The notes under the pieces: model-generated
What the model was told of the DNA's origin: nothing
The model's input: the letters and a program-made list of their open reading frames with translations, nothing else
The model's database searches: none
Shown here: in pieces, positions 1 through 8,733 of the stretch
Numbering within the stretch: the first letter of the stretch is position 1
Layout of the letters: each line of letters starts with the position of its first letter
Sequence record: NZ_CP118102.1
Reading direction: 5' to 3' (one strand)
Length of the DNA stretch: 64,000 bases
Origin: a plasmid
Made by a program: the position numbers and the translations under genes

Positions 1-529
1 TGTCCGGCAGGGAGACTCGCTTGGCCAGCGTTTCGATCGGCTGCGCGGTTTCGGCGAAGCGATCGGGCAGCAGTCCGGCGACGAAGCCCGCACGGGTGGC
101 CCGGAAAGGGCCGAGGCGTCGAACGGCGTCGTAGGCTGCCTGCGGGTACAGGAAGCGCGAGGACGGGAAGTCCCGCGCGCCTCCGATATGGTCGGCGTGG
201 AAGTGCGAGAGAATGACACTGCGGACGTCCTCCGCGGCAATGCCGAGCCGGGCGAGCTGCCGGACGGCGGTGTTATCCTCATGCAAAATGACGGGCGTGA
301 GTCGGCGGTACAGCGAATAGGGAAAAGAACCGGTCAGCTCGCGAAATCGCGGAGAGTAGCCGGTATCGAACAAAATCCAGCCCTGCGAAGGGTGGCGAAT
401 GCAGGCGAAGCCGGCCGGATAGGCGGCCGAACGCAGCGAGCCGCCCCGCAGCGTCACGAATTCGGGATGCAGGCAATAACCGGCGGACAGGAGCAAAAGC
501 TCGACCTGGACGGGATGCTCTCGGTTCAT
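1..529 (-). CDS. MBL-fold metallo-hydrolase (partial; 3' end lies beyond window start)
   Basis: Minus-strand translation from ATG 529..527 reads MNREHPVQVELLLLSAGY...ILSHFHADHIGGARDF, carrying the HxHxDH metallo-beta-lactamase motif. The start overlaps the stop of the upstream epimerase gene (ATGA). The plus ORF 188..598 is its antisense shadow. Confidence 0.75.
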   Translation of the reverse strand, partial: MNREHPVQVELLLLSAGYCLHPEFVTLRGGSLRSAAYPAGFACIRHPSQGWILFDTGYSPRFRELTGSFPYSLYRRLTPVILHEDNTAVRQLARLGIAAEDVRSVILSHFHADHIGGARDFPSSRFLYPQAAYDAVRRLGPFRATRAGFVAGLLPDRFAETAQPIETLAKRVSLPD

Positions 530-1524
530 GACGGGTTGCTCCTCCACCAGTCCGCGAATCGGCGCAAGCCCTCGTCGAGCGGGATTCGCGGTTCGTAGTT
601 CAGCGCTTGGCGCGCTTGGGCCAGATCGAGCGTCTGGCTGTAGGCCAGCAGGCCGACCGTATACCGAGTAAAAGGCGGCTCCGCGCCAATCGCCGGGAAC
701 GCTCTGTACAGCCACTCCATTGCGCGTCCCGCGGCAAGCGCGGCAGGCCGGGAGACGCGCCGGGTGCGCAGCGGCAGCTCCAGCAGGGCGAACAGCCGCC
801 GCAGCAGGTCGATCAGCTTGACGGGCTCACCGTTCGACAGATTGTAGATCGCGCCCGCGGCGCTTTCCGGCGCGTTGCATGCCTGAACGAGCCCGTCGAC
901 CGCGTTGTCGACATAGGTCAGATCGAGCAGCGCCTCGCCTCCGCCGATAAGCGGAATGCCGCGCGAATCGTTCACCCGCAGCAGCCGAGGGAACAACGAC
1001 GTATCTCCAGGGCCGAATACGGCTCTTGGCCGCACGATGATCGAAGACAATCCGTTGCCGGCCGCATCCGCGACGACCCGTTCCGCCATCAGTTTGGTGG
1101 CGGCGTAGGCGTTCACAGGCTTGCGAGGCAGCTCCTCTTGCTCGGAAACGAGCAGCCGATCTCTGTAATTGAAGTAAACGCTTGGCGTGGACACATGGAC
1201 CAGTCTGCGCGCTCCGTGACGAAAGCAGCCGGAGACGACATGCTCCGTGCCGCCGACGTTGGTCTCATAGAAGTCTCGGTAGGCTCCCCACGGAGAAGAC
1301 AGCGCCGCGCAGTGAATGACGTAGTCGCGTCCGGCGCAGGCGTCTTCAATCTGCTGCCGGTTGCGCAAATCCGCCTGAAGGAAGGGGATACCCTGAGCGG
1401 CCAGCTGGCGGCCGATTTTCTCGTCGCGTCCTAGCCCCGTCACGTCCCATCCCAGATCGCGCAAGCGAACGGCCGTCGCTCGGCCCAGAAATCCCGTTGC
1501 TCCCGTTACCAATACTTTTGTCAT
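526..1524 (-). CDS. NAD-dependent epimerase/dehydratase family protein (SDR fold)
   Basis: 332 aa. N-terminal Rossmann motif VLVTGATGFLGRATAVRL and YxxxK-type active-site region (YAATK). Stop overlaps the MBL gene start. Confidence 0.85.
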   Translation of the reverse strand: MTKVLVTGATGFLGRATAVRLRDLGWDVTGLGRDEKIGRQLAAQGIPFLQADLRNRQQIEDACAGRDYVIHCAALSSPWGAYRDFYETNVGGTEHVVSGCFRHGARRLVHVSTPSVYFNYRDRLLVSEQEELPRKPVNAYAATKLMAERVVADAAGNGLSSIIVRPRAVFGPGDTSLFPRLLRVNDSRGIPLIGGGEALLDLTYVDNAVDGLVQACNAPESAAGAIYNLSNGEPVKLIDLLRRLFALLELPLRTRRVSRPAALAAGRAMEWLYRAFPAIGAEPPFTRYTVGLLAYSQTLDLAQARQALNYEPRIPLDEGLRRFADWWRSNPS

Positions 1525-2765
1525 CGTTCACCATTCCATTCGATATCCGAGGTAGACGCTTCTTGAAGCGTCAGGCGTTGCCGGGCGGCCGTTCGGCGCG
1601 TCCAGGCGAGCAGCCGAAACTGTTCCGCAAAAGGCTTCGGGTCTTCCCGGCGATACACGACGTCACGGCTGCCTCGCCAAGCGCGCAGCCATTCGCCGAG
1701 CGTTCGTTCGCGGACGGCCTGGACGAGCCCGTAGCTCAGCATCGCGGCCGAGAGCATCGCGCCTTGTCTTGATTGTGCGGCAGGAGAGGCGATTCGCCCG
1801 GCCGCCAGAAGAGCGGCAGGACACAGCAGCGCCTCCGCCAGCCGGCCGTCCGATCCGAACAGATGCACTCCGCTCGTCGCCCTCGGATTGCATTCCATCG
1901 GCAGGACGGCGCCTTCCGGCGAGATCATGAAATCGAAGGCGATCTGCCCGGTAAAGCCGATTCCCGCGACGAAGCGCCGGACCCAATCGAACAGCTGCGG
2001 CTGGCTGGCCGGCTCGTAATGGATGCTGGCGCCCCGGCCGGCGCGAAAACGGCTGCGGTATGCGGCGTGAGCCGCGATCCGGCCCTCGTGCGCTACGCTG
2101 TAGGTGCACCATTCTTCGCCGCGCAGCAGCTCCTGGACGATCCAGGGCCGACGGTCAGACACGCCGGCCTCGGCCAGCTTGCGCGCGATTTCCTTACGGC
2201 GGGAGTCCGGCAAGGGAGTGCGGCGCAAATCGAGCAGCAGCGTGCGCGAAGCGAATCGCGAATAGGCCGGCTTGAGCGCGATGCCTTCGGCGAAGCGGGG
2301 GCTGTCCAGCAGCAGCAGCTGCCAGCCGTCCGGCGTGTCCAGCGTCACCGTGTCCGGGACGGGAAGTCCGAGGCGCGCCGCGGTTTCTATAAATTTGCCT
2401 TTGTGGTGGAGAGAGTCCAGTTCCGCCAGAGGCGCCGCCAGTACGCGGCAAACGCCCTCGAATCGGTCGAGCTCCTTGGAAATGTGGAAAATCTCCTCGC
2501 AAGTTGGAATCAGCGCGTCGATGCGGTGTTGTTCGGCAATCGCGCACAGTGCCGCGGCGTATTTCTCCGAATTTTCGGAGGGCGGGGGGACATGGAAGCT
2601 TCGTTCGACGGAACGGGATACCCGGCACAGGTGATAGGGCGCGGATTCGGCCGCGTAAACCCGATGGCCGGCGGCGCGGAACAGGCGGGCCAGCTCCAAC
2701 GCTGCCGGAGAGCGGCCTCCTGTAAGGAGAACGCGCTGCGGCTCCGTTTCCGGCTCAATAGTCAA
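1521..2765 (-). CDS. ATP-grasp domain ligase
   Basis: 414 aa. N-terminal pre-ATP-grasp Rossmann-like region (RVLLTGGRSPAALELARLFRAAGHRV), central ATP-grasp-like core (KPAYSRFASR...WIVQELLRGEE). Start overlaps the KAS III stop, indicating translational coupling. Confidence 0.65.
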   Translation of the reverse strand: MTIEPETEPQRVLLTGGRSPAALELARLFRAAGHRVYAAESAPYHLCRVSRSVERSFHVPPPSENSEKYAAALCAIAEQHRIDALIPTCEEIFHISKELDRFEGVCRVLAAPLAELDSLHHKGKFIETAARLGLPVPDTVTLDTPDGWQLLLLDSPRFAEGIALKPAYSRFASRTLLLDLRRTPLPDSRRKEIARKLAEAGVSDRRPWIVQELLRGEEWCTYSVAHEGRIAAHAAYRSRFRAGRGASIHYEPASQPQLFDWVRRFVAGIGFTGQIAFDFMISPEGAVLPMECNPRATSGVHLFGSDGRLAEALLCPAALLAAGRIASPAAQSRQGAMLSAAMLSYGLVQAVRERTLGEWLRAWRGSRDVVYRREDPKPFAEQFRLLAWTRRTAARQRLTLQEASTSDIEWNGER

Positions 2766-3756
2766 GGATCAGCCCTCCCAGCGTCAGTCCCGCCGCCGTT
2801 CCGATCAGCAGCACGCGGTCCCCCCGCTCGATCCGTCCCGTCCGGATCGCTTCATGAAGGCCCATCGGGAGGGAGGCGGCGATCGTATTGCCGTGGTTCG
2901 GCGTAATATAGACAAGCTGGCGCTCGGCTATGCCCAGCTTCTTGCGCATGAGGCGAACGGCCATCGCGCTGCCTTGGTGGGGGATGACCGCTTTAAGGTC
3001 CGACATGACCGTTCCCGCCGATTGCAGCAGCTCCTCTGTGAAGTCGGGCAGCAGGCGAGAAGCCATCTTGTAGATGGCCGGACCGTCCATCGAGAACAGA
3101 TAGTCGTCCGCGGCGGCGGGACGATAGCCGTTCGGGTGACGCCTGGTGCCGCCCGCGCGAATCTCGGAGAAGGCGGCTCCGGCGCTGTAGGTGCGCATGG
3201 AGGCGCCGACGATGGCGGACGGCTCGCCGTCCTCCGCCGGACCGAGGACAACGGCGGCTGCTCCGTCCCCGAACAGCGCGGCGCTTTCCTTGTGCCGCCA
3301 ATCGAGGCCGACGGAAGCGATCTCGGACGTGACGATCAGCACGTAGCGGTATCTTCCGGCCGCGATCATGCAGGACATGGCGTCAAGCGCCGCCAGGAAG
3401 CTGAGACAGGTGGAATCAATATCAAAGGCGGGGACGCCGGACTGCTCCATCCCCAACTCGCGTTGAATGAATACGGCGGAGCAGGGGAGAGCTTGCTCCT
3501 TGGTGCCGCTTGCGCCGACGAGGCAATCCATGTCGGTGAACTTCAGGTTGGCGGCTTGAAGGGCGGCTTGGGCGGCTTTCGCGCCCATGGCGGATGCGGT
3601 GTCGTCTTCTCCGGCGTAGTGCCGGGAGACGATGTCCGTCACCCTGCGCGTCCAGCCCCGGGAAACGCCGAGGCGATCGTCCATCTCCAGATCGGAGATC
3701 GGGCGGCCGGGCAAGTATTTGCCCGTTCCGTATATTTTGACTTTGCGAATGTTCAT
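2755..3756 (-). CDS. 3-oxoacyl-ACP synthase III (FabH-like KAS III)
   Basis: 333 aa. Cys-His-Asn catalytic context (DSTCLSFLAALDA..., HQGSAMA..., NHGNTIAASLP) and the typical C-terminal GGLILDY tail. RBS GGAGATCTC precedes ATG 3756. Confidence 0.85.
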   Translation of the reverse strand: MNIRKVKIYGTGKYLPGRPISDLEMDDRLGVSRGWTRRVTDIVSRHYAGEDDTASAMGAKAAQAALQAANLKFTDMDCLVGASGTKEQALPCSAVFIQRELGMEQSGVPAFDIDSTCLSFLAALDAMSCMIAAGRYRYVLIVTSEIASVGLDWRHKESAALFGDGAAAVVLGPAEDGEPSAIVGASMRTYSAGAAFSEIRAGGTRRHPNGYRPAAADDYLFSMDGPAIYKMASRLLPDFTEELLQSAGTVMSDLKAVIPHQGSAMAVRLMRKKLGIAERQLVYITPNHGNTIAASLPMGLHEAIRTGRIERGDRVLLIGTAAGLTLGGLILDY

Positions 3757-4259
3757 AGAGAGATCTCCTTCCCGCGCATCGTTCCCGCAAGTTCATTGTG
3801 CCGGAAAGAGGACGGACCGAATAGTACCAATTTCGCCTGGTACCTCCGTTATTCGACTGCAAACATACATGTTCGACAGAAGTCGCGCAGGTTCCTGTCG
3901 CCGGATCGGGACACGCCAAATAACCCGAACCGATTGCGGTCCGGGCTAGGCACGCCCTAATGGATGCGACCTTATTGCTCCGCTTTGACGATGCTTTTGC
4001 CGAACAGATACAGAACGCCGACCCCTCCGAACATAAGAGCAAGCAGGAAATAGAAGTAAAACACGCGCGCCACCTCCCGGAATTGGATTAGGAAATCGAA
4101 CACCCCAACTGTAAGCCAGACTGGAGGAGCTGTGACCACCCAATTGCGAGAAAATGCGGCCAGCCAAAAAGCTTGGTAACGACTGGCGTTGGGGAACAGG
4201 GAAAGAGACAGAGGCAGGGCGGCGTAATGACAGGGGCACAGGCGAGCCTTGTGCGACGG

Positions 4260-4718
4260 GTCAGGAGGGCGGATGATAAGCTCGCGTGGCGGTACTGTTG
4301 GGGGAGGCGGGTCAGGCGGTCGGACAATAAGCTCGCGTGGCGGTACTGTTGGGGGAGGCGGGTCAGGCGGGCGGATGATAAGCTCGCGAGGCGGTACTGT
4401 GGAGGGCGACGGGACAGGCGGTCGGACAATAAGCTCGCGTGGCGGTACTGTTGGGGGAGGCGGGTCAGGCGGGCGGATGATAAGCACGCGTGGCGGTACT
4501 GTTGGGGGCGGCAGGTCAGGCAGTCAGACGATAAGCACGCGTGGCGGTACTGTGGAGGGCGGCGGGTCAGGCGGTCGGACGATAAGCACGCGTGGCGGTA
4601 CTGTTGGGGGCGGCGGGTCAGGCGGTCAGACGATAAGCACGCGTGGCGGTACTGTTGGGGGCGGCAGGTCAGGCAGTCAGACGATAAGCTCGCGTGGAGG
4701 TACTGTTGGGGGCGGCGG
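4260..4718. repeat. Nine tandem copies of a 51-bp (17-codon) unit
   Basis: Units begin at 4260, 4311, 4362, 4413, 4464, 4515, 4566, 4617 and 4668. Consensus gtcaggcggtcggacgataagctcgcgtggcggtactgttgggggcggcgg, with point variants. The unit length is a multiple of 3, and three reading frames stay open across the array. Confidence 0.9.
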
Positions 4719-4728
4719 TTTGTGTTGT

Positions 4729-4756
4729 GCAGGATGCTCCGTGTGGAGCATCCTGC
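4729..4756. other. Perfect 12-bp stem / 4-nt loop hairpin immediately after the repeat array (no T-tract)
   Basis: gcaggatgctcc gtgt ggagcatcctgc. Confidence 0.6.
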
Positions 4757-4829
4757 AGTGGAGTTGGAGCCATTAGTTGAGTGTCGGGAACGATCCGACG
4801 TTGCCGTCCAATGGGTTTCGGGGAGCGAA

Positions 4830-6221
4830 TCAGCCGCGGACGAACCGTTCGAAGAGGGAGCCGGCGGCCAGCACTAGTTCGTCGTCGCCGCGACGCCCTG
4901 TGAGCTGCAGGCCGATCGGCAGTCCTTCCGAGGAGAGGCCGGCAGGCAGCGACAGCGCCGGGAGCCCCCACAGGTTGGCAAGCGGAGTGAACTCGCCGTT
5001 GGCGGGTCCGCCCGGCTTGCCTGCCGGGATCGGGCCGGCGGTGACCGGACAGGTGGGGGAGACGAGTACGTCGATCTCTTCGAACAAACTGTCAACCAAC
5101 GAGCGATGGGAATCCCTCCAGCTCAGGCAGACGTCATAGTCGCTCGTCGTAATGGCGCGTCCCGCCTCCAAGCTGTTCCGCATCCGTTCGCTGTAACCTT
5201 TCGCCCAATCCGTCAGCTTTTCTGTATGTGTCCGATATGCCTCGTAATGCAAAATCGTCCACGTTTTTTCCTTCACCTCGGAGATTGGAAGCTCTGTGTT
5301 CAACCGCTTGACGCGGAAGCCGGCCTTCTCCATCGTCTGGACTACGCCAAGGATCGCATCGCGAATTTCGGGCTCTGCCTCCGCATCCAAATAGTCGGTC
5401 GCTACGCCGATTGTCAGCGGCTTCTCAGTCGCGCGAGCCCTGATGCCGGGTTGCTCCACTTCCACGTTCAGTCGCATCCGATTCTCCGCAGATTCCTCCA
5501 TAAGACGCGTTCCTTTTTCATCCGAACGCTCCGCAAGAACGTTAAACAGCAAGGAGACGTCTTCGCAAGTGCGTGCCAACACGCCTGCATGATCCAGCGA
5601 CGGCGCCAGCGGCGTAATGCCGTCCAGGCTGAGGCGCCCCGCGGACGGCTTGAATCCGGCGACACCGCAGAAGCTGGCCGGCACCCGGACGGAGCCGGCT
5701 GAGTCGGTGCCGATCGAGCCGAGGGCGAAACCGGCGGCGATCCCCGCGGCGGAGCCGGAGCTGGAGCCGCCGGGCAGTCGGCCGGGCCGCAGCGGATTAA
5801 GCGTCCAGCCGAAGGCCGGGTGAGGCCGGCCGTAAGCGAACTCGTACAAATGCGCCTTGCCGATGATGACTGAGCCGGCCTCCAACAGCTTGGCGACGAC
5901 GCGTGCATGCGCTTCTGGAACCGGCACGGGAGATCGGCCCGAGCCGTTCGTCAGCGGCACTCCCGCATAAGCGATCATATCTTTGACGGATACCGGGATG
6001 CCGTGCAGCGGTCCGCGGTCGCGGCCGTCCCGCAGCTCGCGCTCGGCCTGCGCGGCCTGTGCCCGAGCTTCGTCCTCCATCAGATGAAGGAAGGAGCGAT
6101 ACCGGTCGTCTTCGTTTCGTATTCGCTGCAGAAGCGATTCCAGCAGTTGGACGGGAGAGAGCTCTCCGCTGCGGAAGGCCCGTCCTGCCGCCGCGATCGT
6201 CCATTGGTCGTTTCGGGGCAT
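4830..6221 (-). CDS. Amidase (amidase-signature family; GatA-like)
   Basis: 463 aa. Contains GGSSSGSAAGIAAGFALGSIGTDSAGSVRVPASFCGVAGFKPS (amidase signature, Ser-cisSer-Lys triad region) and the KDMIAYAG lysine region. Confidence 0.85.
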   Translation of the reverse strand: MPRNDQWTIAAAGRAFRSGELSPVQLLESLLQRIRNEDDRYRSFLHLMEDEARAQAAQAERELRDGRDRGPLHGIPVSVKDMIAYAGVPLTNGSGRSPVPVPEAHARVVAKLLEAGSVIIGKAHLYEFAYGRPHPAFGWTLNPLRPGRLPGGSSSGSAAGIAAGFALGSIGTDSAGSVRVPASFCGVAGFKPSAGRLSLDGITPLAPSLDHAGVLARTCEDVSLLFNVLAERSDEKGTRLMEESAENRMRLNVEVEQPGIRARATEKPLTIGVATDYLDAEAEPEIRDAILGVVQTMEKAGFRVKRLNTELPISEVKEKTWTILHYEAYRTHTEKLTDWAKGYSERMRNSLEAGRAITTSDYDVCLSWRDSHRSLVDSLFEEIDVLVSPTCPVTAGPIPAGKPGGPANGEFTPLANLWGLPALSLPAGLSSEGLPIGLQLTGRRGDDELVLAAGSLFERFVRG

Positions 6222-6652
6222 GTCTCATTCCTCCATGTGTTAAGCATATACGAAATCAGAGTTGCGAGGTTGGGATAAAATTGGAGCAGATTGCGAAAAC
6301 GGCGTGTGCATTGGCGACGACTGACCGAAAGGGATGACGACCAACGGCATTGACAGCGGCCGACATACGGAAGGGCGACAGACCAAGGTGTTCGAGGCGG
6401 CGGACGTAAGCAACTGCCGGCGATTGCGGTGAAAAAGATAACGGCTTGCGAAGGTATATAACGAGATTGCGACGAACGTTTATCCGACTTTACAACTTGG
6501 ATAACTCATACTATGATAGCGTCAAGCGCCGGTTAGGTGCAAGGTTATCGCGTCTTCGCGCTTAGTCTTGAACAAGAGGAGCGAGACTTCAGAATCCCGA
6601 TATAACAAAATGAAGCGCAATTCAATACAAATCCCGATTCGGAGGCGGTCAT

Positions 6653-7620
6653 ATGGCGGCACACGGAACTGCAAACGAATTTATCGCCCGGCTGTACGAA
6701 GCGAAGCTGGCCCGGGCTGCGAAGCTCCCCGACCCGGCGGCGGATGGGGAGGAGCTGCTGCGCAGAAGGGAGCGGTTGGCCAGTCTGCTTCGCATCCCCC
6801 TTGCACAGGAAAATGCCGTCCCGCCGGATGCTGAGCTGCTGGAACGTACGGACCAAGGGGCTTACATTCGCGAACGGGTGGAGATCGGCACGAGGGACGG
6901 CCTGCGCATGCCGATGTACGTGCTGCTCCCCAAGACGGCGTCCGCCAGCAGCCCCGCACCTGCCGTACTGGCGCTGCACGGCCACGGCTACGGCAGCCGC
7001 GAGCTGGTCGGACTGACGCCGGACGGACGCGACGAGCCGGAGGGAACGGGCATTCACAAGCATTTCGCGCTGTCTCTCGTCAAGCGCGGTCTGGCCGTCA
7101 TTGTACCCGAACTGCTCGGCTTCGGCGAGCGCCGGCTGGAGGAGGATAGCCGGCTGGACGAAAATCCGGCGGATATGCGCAACTCCTCCTGCTACAAACT
7201 GTCCTCCTTTTTGACTCATCTGGGAGAGACGCTGGCGGAGCGTTCGTCGCGTATTTGGCGGCAGCGCTGGATGAACGCTTCCGTGCCGTCGTATTAAGCG
7301 GGTATACGAATACTTATGAGGACAGTTACTTTTTCTCCCGGCAGCACTGTCTGTGCGACTATATTCCCGGAATCGTCGAGTTGGGCGACATGCCCGATCT
7401 CGTCGGATTGATCGCTCCCCGTTCCCTGTACTTGGAGGTCGGGAAGAGCGACCATCTGTTTCCGGTGGAAGGGGCGGTCAGAGCAGCTGAGCGGATCGGA
7501 ATGTATTACGAGCGCTTGGGCGCGGCGGACCGGCTTGTGTTGGATATTTTTGACGGGGGACACGAAATCGGGGGAATCGGCTCGTTCGATTGGTTGAGGA
7601 AGGAGCTGGATGCGCTATGA
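6653..7620 (+). pseudogene. Alpha/beta-hydrolase fold esterase (dienelactone hydrolase / acetyl-xylan-esterase-like), broken by a frameshift near 7200-7255
   Basis: ORF 6653..7297 (ALHGHGYG...) and ORF 7255..7620 (...VVLSGYTNTYED...DGGHEIGG) are consecutive parts of one roughly 320-aa hydrolase in different frames. The second frame reads back to a stop at 7147 and encodes GGAFVAYLAAALDERFRAVV, which resembles the nucleophile-elbow region. Confidence 0.55.
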
Positions 7621-8489
7621 GCCGAACGATCAATCCGGTTCCGCAGCTGGTCGAGCGCAGCTTCCTGTTCTTCCACCGCCTCGAAACCCGGGAAGGCCAT
7701 CTGGAAATCGTCAACGCCCACCAAGGCATCGAAATCGTGCTCGTGAGGGAAGGACGCGGTCAGCTGATTCTCGACCGGACGGTGCACCCGATCGGGCCGG
7801 GAACGTTTGTCGTAATCCAGCCGTACCAGCTGCATCATTTTAAGATGGAGCCTCCTTACGTGCGCACGCCGCTCGTATTCGATCCTTATTTGTTCGACCG
7901 CTATGCCGCGTTGTTTCCGGCGCTGCAAGCCTTTTTTCATCGGCTGTGGAAAGGAAAGCACGGAGGGCGGCTGTTCGCGCTCAGCGAGGAGGAGTTGGAG
8001 CGGTTGGACGGGTTGGCCGGACAGTTCGAGCGCAGGCTCGGCGAGGTGCCGGAATACGGGAGACAGGAGGAATTGTTGCTGTTTCTGCTCGACTGGATGC
8101 GGGAGCTGCGCGTAATCTGCGAGCGGGACGACCGGCGCGAGCCGGATGCGGCCGGCAAGCGGGAAGGCAGACATATCGAGCAGATGATGAGCTGGATCGA
8201 GGAGCATTACCACGAAAGCTTCTCATTGGAAAAGCTGGCCGAAGCGCTTCATCTGTCGCCGTTCTACGCCTCGCATCTGTTCAGCGAAGAGACCGGCTGC
8301 ACGCTCAGTCAGTACATTATAGCCCGCAGATTGCGCGAGTCGTGTCTGCTGCTGACGATGACCGACCGGCCCGTAGCGCAGATCGGCAAGCAGATCGGTT
8401 TTAACAGCAGCGCCTACTTCTGCAAGACGTTCAAGAAAAAGATGGGCTTATCGCCGCAAGCTTTCCGCAAGCGCTCCGGACAGGCGTAA
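7617..8489 (+). CDS. AraC-family transcriptional regulator (cupin sensor domain plus AraC HTH)
   Basis: ATG 7617 overlaps the upstream stop (ATGA). C-terminal HTH region LAEALHLSPFYASHLFSEETGCTLSQYIIARRLRESCLLL...IGFNSSAYFCKTFKKKMGLSPQAFR. Confidence 0.85.
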   Translation: MSRTINPVPQLVERSFLFFHRLETREGHLEIVNAHQGIEIVLVREGRGQLILDRTVHPIGPGTFVVIQPYQLHHFKMEPPYVRTPLVFDPYLFDRYAALFPALQAFFHRLWKGKHGGRLFALSEEELERLDGLAGQFERRLGEVPEYGRQEELLLFLLDWMRELRVICERDDRREPDAAGKREGRHIEQMMSWIEEHYHESFSLEKLAEALHLSPFYASHLFSEETGCTLSQYIIARRLRESCLLLTMTDRPVAQIGKQIGFNSSAYFCKTFKKKMGLSPQAFRKRSGQA

Positions 8490-8733
8490 CGACGGGAGAA
8501 GGCGAACCAGCCGGAGCGCAGGAGGAGAACCGCCCCGCGCCGGTTGATTCGTCATGCCCGAAAACGGCCGTACGTCGCGTCCTGGAGGGGCGCTGTGCCA
8601 TCCGGCAAACGGATCAGACGCCGGGCTATCGGTCAGACGGAATGAACGACAGGAGGCTGCGCGATCCGGAGGAAAAGTCCGAAACGGCGGCAAGTCAGGC
8701 CTCATACCCGCTCTACAAGGAGGAATAAGTCAG

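Noticed and set aside
607-2906. Long plus-strand ORFs (607..1434, 1773..2906) and other antisense ORFs in the high-GC part (for example 10585..12930 minus, 781 aa; 16513..17343; 8713..9600 minus)
   Set aside because: They lie antisense to genes with clear family signatures. Their Arg/Ala/Gly-rich composition is typical of open frames generated by high GC. No motifs were found.
4260-4718. CRISPR array
   Set aside because: Units are directly contiguous 51-mers with no unique spacers, and no cas genes are nearby. This is a tandem repeat, not a repeat-spacer array.
8554-8733. Long N-terminal extensions suggested by the ORF track for the isomerase (8554) and the FAD oxidoreductase (10381)
   Set aside because: The extensions are Arg/Gly-rich, lack RBSs and overlap upstream genes. 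Internal ATGs at 8734 and 10573 have strong AAGGAGGA RBSs and canonical protein N-termini.
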